In this document: positions 46,211 through 56,636 of the stretch, piece after piece
How positions within the stretch are numbered: position 1 is the first letter of the stretch
How the letters are laid out: every line of letters begins with the position of its first letter
Sequence record: LC788708.1
Direction: 5' to 3' (one strand)
DNA: 64,000 bases
From: Escherichia coli phage AZ21
Translations under genes and position numbers: made by a program
The notes under the pieces: model-generated
Seen by the model: the letters and a program-made list of their open reading frames with translations, nothing else
What the model was told of the DNA's origin: nothing
Databases searched by the model: none

Positions 46211-47968
46211 ATGGGTTTTTTCGCTGGTAAGTATAGCGATGGTAAGACCGTACTATCTTTAAATACTGAATCTGGTGGTGACATTAATCGTCACTATAGT
46301 CCAAATGCCAATAGTATTTTTCATAGTGATATGCCATTTGTCCTAGTTGATGGTACTTATGAGTCTGGGTTAGGTGATGCCGGTAATGGGTTTTTTGTAT
46401 GTCAGATGCCCTCTGACATAATAAATATTAAATCTAACGATCCTGGTAGAGTTATACTAACTGCTATTGAAATTAATGGTACTCACAGAGCTTTTCTTAA
46501 CGGTACTCAGAGTAAAGTAGGTCAAACTATAGCTGCCACTCAAGCAGATCCTTTTAGATCTTTTGCTAGTGTTTCCCAGACTAGTGGATTTGCATTTGGT
46601 AATAGCCTGGCATCTGGTACATATAACTATAATCCATCTATAGGGCATGAAGAATCTATTTCTAGAAATGGTACTGGTGGAACCACCCTACATAGTACGT
46701 ATCATGGTATAGTTAGGCCAGGTGCAGGAGCTCCAGTAGGGGTTACTGTTGCAGAAGCTTTTGCACAGTTGGGTTTTCCTACTAATAGTAGTACAGTACC
46801 TATAGATGGTAATAATCAATATTACTGGGACCCAGGATGGATGTCTCCTTTAGGATCAGCACACAGAGGGCACGATTGGTTTTATGTTTGTAACTCTAAC
46901 ATACGTGGGTATGGTGGGGTAAGACAAGGTCTTCCTGGTAGTGTAAATACTATGTATCATGATGGTGGCAACAGATTTGTTTGTAGGGGTTCTACAACTA
47001 ATTTAGCTAATCAATCTAGTGATTCTACAATACTACAAGATTGGTATAACATAACTCCTACTAAGGTTATTTGGTACGTCTTGAATTTAAGATATTCTGG
47101 CGGCAATATGAGTATCTCTGGTAATCCTTTTACTGGTTCAGATATTCTTATATCTCCTTCTAATTTCATAATTAAAGGGGTTAGTCTTCCCAATACTGGA
47201 TACAAGTTTATTAACCAGAACGCTTTCGGTAACTTAGGTTATAGACCAGATATGGAATATATTGGAAATAATGCAGCGTACACTGGGGCCTTCGGAGATA
47301 CTACTGCAAGGTGTGAACTTGTAGGTTCTAGTAATGGGGGTTTATGGTCTCCTGTGGACTATGGAGGGGCTAAGTCTCAAATTAGTATTTACAAATTCGG
47401 AGCTGGTAAGCAATGGTACGTAAACTCTAATGATAATACTATCGGTAATGAACACGGGGTTGTTTGGGGGCCTTCAGCAGTTCCACTACGACTTTTTAGC
47501 GGAAATGTTGGTAGTTCTTACATGGGGGATGATATTACTCCCAGCTATCCAGGAACTGGAGATAGATACGTTGGTTTATCAACTATTGGGCTAGGTATAC
47601 CGGGTGGCAATGCTACCGTAATTCTTACCACTGAAGTTATATCAGGTAATCTTAACTGCGCGGGTGTTCCCGCTAATACATGGAATAACGGTGTATTTCA
47701 GGTTCAAGGAAGAAGAGCATATAGTTATAGTAATGGGGATGCAATATTTCATCAGATTTTAACATTACCAGTAGGGTATTTAGTACCTTTTCATACTACA
47801 TCTGCTTTTAGATACACACCTAACAATGCCCTAAGTAGAAATAGTTTTATATACACTGCTAAAAATCTGGGGAATGGAAATGTAGAGCTAGGGGTAGTTA
47901 TGCACGTAAGTTTAGGTAGTGCAGTTTTCCTACCTAGATTAAGAGTAACAGTTCAACGCCTAACCTAA
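46211..47968 (+). CDS. receptor-binding tail tip protein (pb5/Oad-like, 585 aa)
   Basis: Position next to llp; Gly/Ser/Asn-rich beta protein; N-terminus MGFFAGK..SGGD resembles T5-group RBPs. Confidence 0.55.
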   Translation: MGFFAGKYSDGKTVLSLNTESGGDINRHYSPNANSIFHSDMPFVLVDGTYESGLGDAGNGFFVCQMPSDIINIKSNDPGRVILTAIEINGTHRAFLNGTQSKVGQTIAATQADPFRSFASVSQTSGFAFGNSLASGTYNYNPSIGHEESISRNGTGGTTLHSTYHGIVRPGAGAPVGVTVAEAFAQLGFPTNSSTVPIDGNNQYYWDPGWMSPLGSAHRGHDWFYVCNSNIRGYGGVRQGLPGSVNTMYHDGGNRFVCRGSTTNLANQSSDSTILQDWYNITPTKVIWYVLNLRYSGGNMSISGNPFTGSDILISPSNFIIKGVSLPNTGYKFINQNAFGNLGYRPDMEYIGNNAAYTGAFGDTTARCELVGSSNGGLWSPVDYGGAKSQISIYKFGAGKQWYVNSNDNTIGNEHGVVWGPSAVPLRLFSGNVGSSYMGDDITPSYPGTGDRYVGLSTIGLGIPGGNATVILTTEVISGNLNCAGVPANTWNNGVFQVQGRRAYSYSNGDAIFHQILTLPVGYLVPFHTTSAFRYTPNNALSRNSFIYTAKNLGNGNVELGVVMHVSLGSAVFLPRLRVTVQRLT

Positions 47969-47978
47969 AGGAGGATAT

Positions 47979-48461
47979 ATGGCAAATGATGTATTAGTTC
48001 CCGATCTCATGTCTCCCGAAGGCATGGATGTTATTGAAGCCTATTTACAGTGCGGTAGTGATGTTCCTGCCGCCGCTCGTAGTCTTGGAATGTCCGAGAT
48101 TGCATTTCGTGATATAATGAATCGTGGGGAAGTTAAAAACTATCTCAACGATATCTTTATGGAAAGCGGCTTCCGTAATCGTGACCGCTTATTCGGAGTT
48201 CTTGATGAAGTTATCAAACGCAAGTTGGAAGAACTCGAAGAAACTGGCATGGGTTCTGACCAGGATATCATGGATATTCTCTGGAAGGCGCACAAGATGA
48301 AGATGGAAGAAATGAAAATGATGGTAGAACTGGAGAAAGTGAAGGCAGCAGCCCGTACTCCGGCTAACCAGACTAATATTCAGAATAATATTATTGCTGG
48401 AAGTGGTGACGAAAACTATATGAATCTTATTACCGCTCTAGCAGGAGGAGGTAAGAGATAA
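47979..48461 (+). CDS. terS: terminase small subunit
   Basis: HTH-like N-terminus, directly upstream of and coupled to terL. Confidence 0.55.
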   Translation: MANDVLVPDLMSPEGMDVIEAYLQCGSDVPAAARSLGMSEIAFRDIMNRGEVKNYLNDIFMESGFRNRDRLFGVLDEVIKRKLEELEETGMGSDQDIMDILWKAHKMKMEEMKMMVELEKVKAAARTPANQTNIQNNIIAGSGDENYMNLITALAGGGKR

Positions 48462-49777
48462 TGAAAGTCTCTAGAGATTATATTAACACCACAGATGTTA
48501 TTGACTTTGGTATTGACAAACGATTTTTTCGTCTGCCAGTCTCTAGCATTCTAGCTCAAGAGGGGATTACACCTAACGCCCCTCAGGTTGCAATTATTAA
48601 TGCGTTAGAAGATCCTAGACACCGTTTCGTAACTGCGTGTGTATCACGTCGTGTAGGTAAGTCATTCATCGCATATACACTTGGGTTCCTAAAACTTCTG
48701 GAACCCAATGTGAAGGTGCTGGTAGTTGCACCTAACTACTCACTGGCTAACATAGGTTGGTCACAGATTCGTGGTCTTATTAAGAAGTATGGATTACAGA
48801 CTGAACGTGAGAACGCAAAAGATAAAGAGATTGAACTAGCGAATGGTTCTCTCTTTAAGCTGGCTTCTGCGGCGCAGGCTGACTCCGCGGTTGGTCGTTC
48901 ATATGACTTCATCATTTTTGACGAAGCAGCGATTTCCGACGTTGGTGGTGCAGCTTTCGATATTCAGTTACGTCCTACTCTAGATAAGCCAAACTCTAAA
49001 GCTCTGTTTATTTCCACACCTCGTGGTGGTAACTGGTTTAAAGAGTTCTATGAGAAAGGATTTAACGAAACTCTACCTAACTGGGTATCTATTCATGGTA
49101 CATATCGTGATAACCCACGTGCTGATCTGAACGATATCGAAGAAGCGCGTCGTACTGTTAGTAAAAACTACTTCCGTCAAGAATATGAGGCTGACTTCTC
49201 TGTATTCGAAGGTCAGATCTTTGACACCTTCAATGCTATCGAACATGTTAAAGACCTCAAAGGTATGCGCCACTTCTTTAAAGATGATGAGGCTTTCGAA
49301 ACATTACTTGGTATCGACGTTGGTTATCGTGACCCTACAGCAGTTCTTACTATCAAGTATCACTATGATACTGATGTTTATTACGTACTGGAAGAATATC
49401 AGCAAGCTGAAAAGACTACAGCTCAACACGCTGCTTATATCCAACACTGCATAGATCGTTATAATGTTGATCGTATATTTGTAGACTCCGCCGCTGCTCA
49501 GTTCCGTCAGGACTTAGCATATGAACATGAAATCGCTTCTGCTCCTGCTAAGAAATCTGTCCTAGATGGTCTGGCATGCCTACAAGCACTGTTCCAGCAA
49601 GGTAAGATCATCGTAGATGCTTCATGTACCTCATTGATCCACGCCCTAGCGAACTACAGGTGGGACTTCCAGGAGGGCGAAGAGAAATTATCACGTGAAA
49701 AACCACGTCATGATGCGAACTCTCACCTTTGTGACGCACTGCGTTATGGAATTTACTCAATTTCCCGTGGGAAATAA
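48461..49777 (+). CDS. terL: terminase large subunit (438 aa)
   Basis: Walker A VSRRVGKS, Walker B IIFDEAA, C-terminal nuclease Asp residues. Confidence 0.85.
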   Translation: MKVSRDYINTTDVIDFGIDKRFFRLPVSSILAQEGITPNAPQVAIINALEDPRHRFVTACVSRRVGKSFIAYTLGFLKLLEPNVKVLVVAPNYSLANIGWSQIRGLIKKYGLQTERENAKDKEIELANGSLFKLASAAQADSAVGRSYDFIIFDEAAISDVGGAAFDIQLRPTLDKPNSKALFISTPRGGNWFKEFYEKGFNETLPNWVSIHGTYRDNPRADLNDIEEARRTVSKNYFRQEYEADFSVFEGQIFDTFNAIEHVKDLKGMRHFFKDDEAFETLLGIDVGYRDPTAVLTIKYHYDTDVYYVLEEYQQAEKTTAQHAAYIQHCIDRYNVDRIFVDSAAAQFRQDLAYEHEIASAPAKKSVLDGLACLQALFQQGKIIVDASCTSLIHALANYRWDFQEGEEKLSREKPRHDANSHLCDALRYGIYSISRGK

Positions 49778-49787
49778 ATAAGTATAG

Positions 49788-49826
49788 GATGGGATACTAC
49801 TCAGTTGGTATCCCATTCCTGCATTT
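49788..49826 (+). terminator. hairpin GGATGGGATAC..GTATCCCATTCC
   Basis: 11-bp stem then TGCATTTT. Confidence 0.5.
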
Positions 49827-49948
49827 TAAAATCCCCTTTACAAATTCGACATGATTATGTATACTATATTCATTGATCGGGAGAACTTCTCCCCTAATAG
49901 AACGTAAACAAGAAAAATTAGTGCTCTATACGGAGTGTAGGAGATTCT

Positions 49949-50623
49949 ATGGGTCGACAAAAGCTAACAATAAAAGATATAAATACTAGATTAGCTGATC
50001 GTGGAATCCAAATTGTCGGTGAATATGTAAACCAACGTACAAAAACAGTATTTAAGTGCCAAAGAGCACACGTTTGGGAAGCAACGCCACATTCTATACT
50101 CCATATTAAGAGGGGTTGCCCACACTGCGCACCTAATACTATATTGCTAGATGAAGTTAATAACAGGATATCCAGTATAGGGTATACACTGTTAAATAAC
50201 TATACTAATGCAAAAACAAAACTACATCTACGCTGTAATAATGGTCATGAATGCGATATTACCTTAGATGGGTTGACGCAAGGTAGAAGATGTCCTTATT
50301 GCTCCCTTAAATGGGATAATGGTGGATTTCTCTATATCATGTCCTCTTCTAGGGGTACTAAAGTAGGTATAGGTTTATACCCCGAGAAGCGATTGAACGA
50401 GGTTAAAAGAGAGTCTGGATTTTCAGATCTATACTTATTTACCACGTATCACTTACCTGATAGAGAAACTGCTCTAGATTTAGAAAAAGAAGTCCATAGA
50501 GAATATTATAATAAAAACTGTGGGTTTTCAAAATTTACAGGAAGCACAGAATTTTTTAATGTTGCTCCAGAGGATATAGTAGTCTTTCTAAGTAACTTTG
50601 GATTGGAGGAATATGGCCACTAA
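49949..50623 (+). CDS. duplicated zinc-ribbon plus GIY-YIG-like (T5orf172-type) nuclease-domain protein
   Basis: Two C..H...GC(P)xC repeats; C-terminal GFLYIM..TKVGIG..R..E GIY-YIG-like core. Confidence 0.55.
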   Translation: MGRQKLTIKDINTRLADRGIQIVGEYVNQRTKTVFKCQRAHVWEATPHSILHIKRGCPHCAPNTILLDEVNNRISSIGYTLLNNYTNAKTKLHLRCNNGHECDITLDGLTQGRRCPYCSLKWDNGGFLYIMSSSRGTKVGIGLYPEKRLNEVKRESGFSDLYLFTTYHLPDRETALDLEKEVHREYYNKNCGFSKFTGSTEFFNVAPEDIVVFLSNFGLEEYGH

Positions 50624-51050
50624 TACTAAGTACAAACGTGATGCCATTTCCATAATGAGGGATGGTATAAAATCTAGGTATAGTAAGGATGGTTGCTGTG
50701 CTATATGCGGTAGTGATGAAGCCCTAGAACTTCATCACTATCATACTATATCTCAACTAATTAAAAATTTTGCTAAAGAACTCCAGCTGGATTTCACTGA
50801 TGAGAATATCGTCCTTTCAAATAGGGAAGCATTCTATAAGAAATATGAGCATGAATTAGTTAGAGACGTAGTAACATTATGCCAGCATCATCACCAATTA
50901 TTACATAAGGTTTACACAAAAGAACCTCCTTTATTTTCTGCTAATAAGCAAAAAGTGTGGGTTCAAAAGCAGAAAGACAAATTACAGAATCCTCAAGAAA
51001 AGACACAAGTCAAGACTGAAACAAAATCAGGATTCGCAAGGTTCTTATAA
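50598..51050 (+). CDS. HNH endonuclease
   Basis: CAICGS..LELHHYH..HHQLLHKV HNH motif. Confidence 0.65.
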   Translation: MDWRNMATNTKYKRDAISIMRDGIKSRYSKDGCCAICGSDEALELHHYHTISQLIKNFAKELQLDFTDENIVLSNREAFYKKYEHELVRDVVTLCQHHHQLLHKVYTKEPPLFSANKQKVWVQKQKDKLQNPQEKTQVKTETKSGFARFL

Positions 51051-52267
51051 TGGGTTTTAAAAGCTGGATTACTGAAAAGCTAAATCCGGGTCAACGTATT
51101 ATAAGAGACATGGAACCAGTTAGTCATCGCACTAACCGTAAGCCTTTTACCACTGGACAAGCCTACAGTAAAATTGAGATTCTCAATAGAACTGCTAATA
51201 TGGTTATAGATAGTGCGGCGGAGTGTTCTTATACTGTCGGAGATAAATATAATATTGTCACGTATGCCAATGGCATCAAGGCAAAGACTCTAGACACTCT
51301 CTTAAATGTACGACCTAATCCATTCATGGATATAAGCACATTCCGTAGACTTGTAGTCACTGACCTACTTTTTGAAGGTTGTGCATACATCTATTGGGAT
51401 GGCACAGCACTTTACCATGTCCCTGCTGCACTAATGCAAGTAGAGGCAGATGCCAATAAGTTTATCAAAAAATTTATATTTAATAACCAGATAGACTATC
51501 GCGTAGATGAGATTATCTTTATAAAGGATAACAGTTACGTGTGTGGCACAAATTCTCAAATTTCTGGACAATCTCGTGTTGCTACTGTTATTGATTCTCT
51601 TGAGAAGCGTTCTAAGATGCTTAACTTTAAAGAGAAGTTCCTAGATAACGGAACCGTGATTGGTCTTATTCTTGAGACGGATGAAATCCTGAACAAGAAA
51701 TTGCGTGAGCGTAAACAAGAAGAATTACAACTAGATTATAATCCTAGTACTGGTCAGTCCTCTGTCCTGATTCTAGATGGTGGTATGAAAGCTAAACCGT
51801 ACTCCCAAATATCCTCTTTTAAAGATCTAGACTTTAAGGAAGACATTGAAGGATTTAATAAATCTATCTGTCTAGCCTTTGGTGTTCCGCAAGTGCTACT
51901 TGATGGTGGTAATAATGCGAACATTAGACCAAATATCGAACTGTTCTATTATATGACTATCATCCCTATGCTGAACAAGCTGACTAGTTCTCTTACTTTC
52001 TTTTTTGGTTATAAGATTACTCCTAATACTAAGGAAGTAGCTGCATTAACACCAGATAAAGAATCTGAGGCTAAACATTTAACCTCATTGGTTAATAATG
52101 GTATTATAACTGGTAATGAAGCTCGCTTAGAGCTGAACCTTGAACCTTTAGATGATGAGCAGATGAATAAGATTCGTATTCCTGCTAACGTTGCTGGTTC
52201 TGCAACAGGTGTATCCGGTCAAGAAGGTGGTAGACCTCAAGGTTCCACCGAGGGAGATAAAGAATGA
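51050..52267 (+). CDS. portal protein
   Basis: Size and position between terL block and head genes. Confidence 0.7.
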   Translation: MGFKSWITEKLNPGQRIIRDMEPVSHRTNRKPFTTGQAYSKIEILNRTANMVIDSAAECSYTVGDKYNIVTYANGIKAKTLDTLLNVRPNPFMDISTFRRLVVTDLLFEGCAYIYWDGTALYHVPAALMQVEADANKFIKKFIFNNQIDYRVDEIIFIKDNSYVCGTNSQISGQSRVATVIDSLEKRSKMLNFKEKFLDNGTVIGLILETDEILNKKLRERKQEELQLDYNPSTGQSSVLILDGGMKAKPYSQISSFKDLDFKEDIEGFNKSICLAFGVPQVLLDGGNNANIRPNIELFYYMTIIPMLNKLTSSLTFFFGYKITPNTKEVAALTPDKESEAKHLTSLVNNGIITGNEARLELNLEPLDDEQMNKIRIPANVAGSATGVSGQEGGRPQGSTEGDKE

Positions 52268-52752
52268 TTGATTATAGTGGTCTAAAGACCATTTTTGGAG
52301 AAAAACTGCCAGAATCTCATATCTTCTTTGCTACGGTTGCTGCGCATAAATATGTTCCTAGCTATGCTTTTCTGCGTAGAGAACTAGGACTTTCATCTGC
52401 GCATACTAACCGTAAAGTATGGAAGAAATTTGTAGAGGCTTATGGTAAGGCTGGTCCAGTAGACGTTGTCCCTGGAGCCCCTACGTTGCAGGTAACTCCG
52501 GGTGAAAATTCAGTAACTTATATAATTACTGAGGGTACTAATACCGACTCACCAATCACCCAGTATAAAGTATACTATACTGATGGGGTTACTGCGAAAA
52601 CCTATAACTCTGGATCTTCTAAAACAGGTACTATTCCTACCTTAGAAGCAAAAGAGTATACTTTCCAGGCAGTAGCTGTTAATGGGGCGGGAGAATCTCC
52701 TAAGTCTACAGCAGTAAAAGCTACCCCAACTGCACCTGGTGTTGGAGGCTAA
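52264..52752 (+). CDS. head decoration protein with Ig/FN3-like domain (pb10-like)
   Basis: C-terminal beta-sandwich pattern; position portal-protease. Confidence 0.55.
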   Translation: MIDYSGLKTIFGEKLPESHIFFATVAAHKYVPSYAFLRRELGLSSAHTNRKVWKKFVEAYGKAGPVDVVPGAPTLQVTPGENSVTYIITEGTNTDSPITQYKVYYTDGVTAKTYNSGSSKTGTIPTLEAKEYTFQAVAVNGAGESPKSTAVKATPTAPGVGG

Positions 52753-52755
52753 TAA

Positions 52756-53388
52756 ATGACACAAGCTGCTATTGACTATAACAAGTTAAAATCAGCACCG
52801 GTTCATTTAGATGCTTATATTAAATCTATTGATAGCGAATCCAAAGAGGGTGTTGTAAAAATCCGTGGATTCGCTAATACAATTAGTAAAGATCGCGCTG
52901 GTGATGTAATTCCTGCTTCGGCATGGAAAACATCTAATGCACTTGCTAACTACATGAAAAACCCGATTATTCTTTTCGGACATGACCATCGTCGTCCAAT
53001 CGGCAAGTGTATTGATCTTAACCCTACTGAAATGGGTCTCGAAATCGAATGCGAGATCTATGAAAGTTCTGATCCGGCTATCTTTTCACTAATTAAAAAC
53101 GGTGTACTGAAAACTTTTAGTATCGGATTCCGCTGCCTAGATGCAGAGTGGGATGAAGCTACTGATATATTTATTATTAAAGATTTAGAACTATACGAAG
53201 TTTCGGTAGTTTCTGTACCTTGTAATCAGGACTCAACATTCAACCTCGCTAAGAGTATGAATGGTCATGATTATACTGAATGGCGTAAATCTTTTACTGC
53301 AATAAGTTCTAAAGCTGTCCCAGCTCAAGAACGTAATCTTTCTGAACTAGAAAAACTTGCGATAGCTTTAGGCTACGTTAAAGAATAA
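52756..53388 (+). CDS. prohead protease (HK97-family serine protease)
   Basis: LFGHDH motif and catalytic Ser context; 210 aa. Confidence 0.7.
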   Translation: MTQAAIDYNKLKSAPVHLDAYIKSIDSESKEGVVKIRGFANTISKDRAGDVIPASAWKTSNALANYMKNPIILFGHDHRRPIGKCIDLNPTEMGLEIECEIYESSDPAIFSLIKNGVLKTFSIGFRCLDAEWDEATDIFIIKDLELYEVSVVSVPCNQDSTFNLAKSMNGHDYTEWRKSFTAISSKAVPAQERNLSELEKLAIALGYVKE

Positions 53389-53405
53389 CGGAGAATTATT
53401 TAAAA

Positions 53406-54782
53406 ATGACTATTGATATTAATAAGCTGAAAGAAGAACTTGGTCTGGGTGATCTGGCTAAATCTCTGGAAGGTCTGACCGCTGCTCAGAAAGCTGCTGA
53501 AGCTGAACGTATGCGTAAAGAGCAGGAAGAAAAAGAACTGGCTCGTATGAATGATCTGGTTTCTAAAGCAGTTGGCGAAGATCGTCAGAAGCTAGAAGAA
53601 GCTCTGGAACTGGTTAAATCCCTGGATGAAAAATCTAAGAAGAGCGCAGAACTGTTTGCACAGACTGTAGAAAAACAGCAGGAAACTATTGTTGGTCTTC
53701 AGGACGAAATCAAATCTCTGCTAGCAGCTCGTGAAGGTCGTTCCTTCGTCGGTGATAGCGTAGCTAAAGCACTGTATGGTACTCAAGAAAACTTTGAAGA
53801 CGAAGTGGAGAAACTGGTTCTTCTGTCCTACGTGATGGAAAAAGGTGTATTTGATACCGAACATGGCCAGAGACACCTGAAAGCTGTAAACCAGTCCTCT
53901 TTAGTAGAAGTTTCTAGTGAAAGCTATGAAACTATTTTCTCCCAGCGTATTATTCGTGATCTGCAGAAAGAACTGGTAGTTGGTGCACTGTTCGAAGAAT
54001 TGCCGATGTCCAGCAAATTGCTGACTATGCTGGTTGAACCAGAAGCTGGTAAAGCTACTTGGGTAGATGCTAGTGCATATGGTACTGATGCTACTACTGG
54101 TGACGAAGTTAAAGGTGCTCTGACTGAAATTCAGTTCAAAACCTATAAACTGGCTGCTAAGTCCTTCATTACTGATGAAACTGAAGAAGATGCAATCTTC
54201 TCCCTGCTACCGTTGCTGCGTAAGCGTCTGATTGAAGCACACGCTGTTTCTATCGAAGAAGCATTTATGACTGGTGACGGTACTGGTAAGCCTAAGGGTC
54301 TGCTGAAACTGGCTGAAGGCGATAAGGCTAAAGTTATTACTGAAGCTAAAGCTGATGGTTCTGTTCTGGTAACTGCTAAAACTATCTCTAAACTGCGTCG
54401 TAAACTGGGCCGTCATGGTCTGAAACTGAGCAAACTGGTACTGATCGTATCTATGGATGCTTATTACGATCTGCTGGAAGATGAAGAATGGCAGGATGTT
54501 GCCCAGGTTGGTAACGATGCTGTTAAACTGCAAGGTCAGGTTGGTCGTATTTACGGTCTGCCGGTTGTAGTTTCTGAGTTCTTCCCGGCTAAAGCTAACT
54601 CTGCAGAGTTCGCAGTTATTGTTTATAAAGATAACTTCGTAATGCCGCGTCAGCGTGCTGTTACTGTTGAACGTGAGCGCCAAGCTGGTAAACAACGTGA
54701 TGCGTACTACGTTACTCAGCGTGTTAACCTGCAACGTTACTTCGAAAACGGCGTTGTATCCGGTACTTACGCTGCATCTTAA
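53406..54782 (+). CDS. major capsid protein precursor with N-terminal scaffold domain (458 aa)
   Basis: Coiled-coil delta domain of about 160 aa then HK97-fold region; very high codon bias. Confidence 0.85.
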   Translation: MTIDINKLKEELGLGDLAKSLEGLTAAQKAAEAERMRKEQEEKELARMNDLVSKAVGEDRQKLEEALELVKSLDEKSKKSAELFAQTVEKQQETIVGLQDEIKSLLAAREGRSFVGDSVAKALYGTQENFEDEVEKLVLLSYVMEKGVFDTEHGQRHLKAVNQSSLVEVSSESYETIFSQRIIRDLQKELVVGALFEELPMSSKLLTMLVEPEAGKATWVDASAYGTDATTGDEVKGALTEIQFKTYKLAAKSFITDETEEDAIFSLLPLLRKRLIEAHAVSIEEAFMTGDGTGKPKGLLKLAEGDKAKVITEAKADGSVLVTAKTISKLRRKLGRHGLKLSKLVLIVSMDAYYDLLEDEEWQDVAQVGNDAVKLQGQVGRIYGLPVVVSEFFPAKANSAEFAVIVYKDNFVMPRQRAVTVERERQAGKQRDAYYVTQRVNLQRYFENGVVSGTYAAS

Positions 54783-54801
54783 TACAGGCTTTTCAGCCGA
54801 T

Positions 54802-54829
54802 AAGGAGAGCTTCGGCTCTCCTTTTTTAT
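54802..54829 (+). terminator. rho-independent terminator
   Basis: AAGGAGAGC-TTCG-GCTCTCCTT then TTTTTT. Confidence 0.8.
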
Positions 54830-54841
54830 TGGGAAAAATAA

Positions 54842-55354
54842 ATGCAAATCATCACAGCCGAAGATTATAGATTATATGGTGGTTTAAAACGACCTGAATT
54901 AGAATCTGGTGTAGAAATGATGATTACTGCTGCCAATGCGCTGATTACGAGCCTTCTAGGCATGGATGATGCTGATGCGGTAGACCAGTTAATCAATACA
55001 AAACCTACACGTAGGAAATATTTTCTGAGCTCACCATCTGCTACCTCCGTAACTAAAGTGACGATTAACGATAATGAGATTGACCCAGAGCAGTATAAGC
55101 TATACTCTGATGGTATTATCCTTCTCAAATTTAATCCTCCAGAAGGTTATATGGATGTAGCATATACACAAGGTGGATTCAATCCAATACCTGAAGATCT
55201 CAAACTTGCAGCATGTATGTTAGTAGATCATTGGCACAAACAAGATTACCGCCAAGCTAAAACAATTGGTGGTGAAACAGTAACCTTCAATAGCACTAAG
55301 TCTGGTATCCCAGAGCATATTCGTACTATTATTGAAGTGTATAGGAGAGTATAA
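54842..55354 (+). CDS. head completion/connector protein
   Basis: Position after capsid gene. Confidence 0.5.
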   Translation: MQIITAEDYRLYGGLKRPELESGVEMMITAANALITSLLGMDDADAVDQLINTKPTRRKYFLSSPSATSVTKVTINDNEIDPEQYKLYSDGIILLKFNPPEGYMDVAYTQGGFNPIPEDLKLAACMLVDHWHKQDYRQAKTIGGETVTFNSTKSGIPEHIRTIIEVYRRV

Positions 55355-56121
55355 TGTCTCTTTCCGATCTAGCTAAACAAATTATTAAAGAGCAGCTAGA
55401 TACTGCAGGACGATCTGAAAATAATAAGAATACTGTTGTGTATTCTGTTGAGACAGGGTTAAAAGATCCTACCAGAGATGGTACTGTTGCTCAAGTATCT
55501 TTTAAGTTTTCAAAACCCGTATCACAAGATCTTCTTGATGTTAGAACAGCCTCTATACTAAAAGCAGTATCCTCTAGTTTAGATCTTTCGGGGGATTTAG
55601 GTGCTCTAGAGAACTTAATACAAGCAACCGCGGGTAAAAAATCCTCTGTAGGTAAAAAACGTTCTACAGGCAGAGTACAGGTAAACTTTGGGGATCCTAG
55701 AGACGTAGAGGATGGATACTCAGGTGCAATAACAGGTGCTTCCGGACGTTTTGTATCAAATAGCAATATGAAGGTTATATTAGAGATAGTTGCTAAAGAG
55801 TACTTAATAAAGGATATGAAAAAGACAGGAGCGCCATTAAAATTTAGAACTGGCAGGTTTGCAAATTCTCTGAAAATTAAGGATGTTATGCTTAGAGATG
55901 CAGAGACTAGTAAAGGTGCTCCTGAATTAAACGTGACGTATAATTATATGGTACGTCCATATTCTGTATTTAATCCAGCAGTATCTACATATCGAAGATT
56001 ATCTCTACGACCTTACCCAGGCGCTAGAAACCCCCAAAAACTTATTGGTGAGGCTATAGCAAAAGCTGCAAGAGACCTGATTCACTCTAGATATAAAATC
56101 AAGGTTAATCAAGGAACCTAA
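55354..56121 (+). CDS. head-tail connector/tail completion protein
   Basis: Position. Confidence 0.45.
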   Translation: MSLSDLAKQIIKEQLDTAGRSENNKNTVVYSVETGLKDPTRDGTVAQVSFKFSKPVSQDLLDVRTASILKAVSSSLDLSGDLGALENLIQATAGKKSSVGKKRSTGRVQVNFGDPRDVEDGYSGAITGASGRFVSNSNMKVILEIVAKEYLIKDMKKTGAPLKFRTGRFANSLKIKDVMLRDAETSKGAPELNVTYNYMVRPYSVFNPAVSTYRRLSLRPYPGARNPQKLIGEAIAKAARDLIHSRYKIKVNQGT

Positions 56122-56124
56122 TAA

Positions 56125-56610
56125 ATGGATTATAGAACAAGTATTGCACAAGCTCTGGTTGACCGTATATCTAAACAGTTGGATGGTTCTCAACCTGACG
56201 AATATTTTAATAACCTATATGGAAACGTTTCTCGTCAAACTTATAAATTTGAGGAAATACGAGAGTTTCCTTATGTGGCAGTTCATATCGGAACTGAAAC
56301 TGGGCAGTATCTTCCTTCGGGCCAACAGTGGATGTTTTTAGAACTTCCAATCCTGGTGTACGATAAAGAGAAAACAGACATTCAAGAGCAACTTGAAAAA
56401 CTCGTAGCGGATATAAAAACCGTTATTGACACAGGTGGAAATTTAGAATATACTGTTAGTAAACCTAATGGATCGACCTTCCCATGTGAGGCAACTGATA
56501 TGATCATTACATCAGTTAATACAGATGAGGGTCTACTGGCCCCATATGGTTTAGCAGAAATAAATGTAACAGTGAGGTATCAGCCTCCACGTAGGTCACT
56601 TCGCAGATAA
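56125..56610 (+). CDS. tail terminator-like protein
   Basis: Position immediately upstream of tube gene. Confidence 0.45.
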   Translation: MDYRTSIAQALVDRISKQLDGSQPDEYFNNLYGNVSRQTYKFEEIREFPYVAVHIGTETGQYLPSGQQWMFLELPILVYDKEKTDIQEQLEKLVADIKTVIDTGGNLEYTVSKPNGSTFPCEATDMIITSVNTDEGLLAPYGLAEINVTVRYQPPRRSLRR

Positions 56611-56636
56611 GTTACAGATTAGGAGAAAATAATTAA

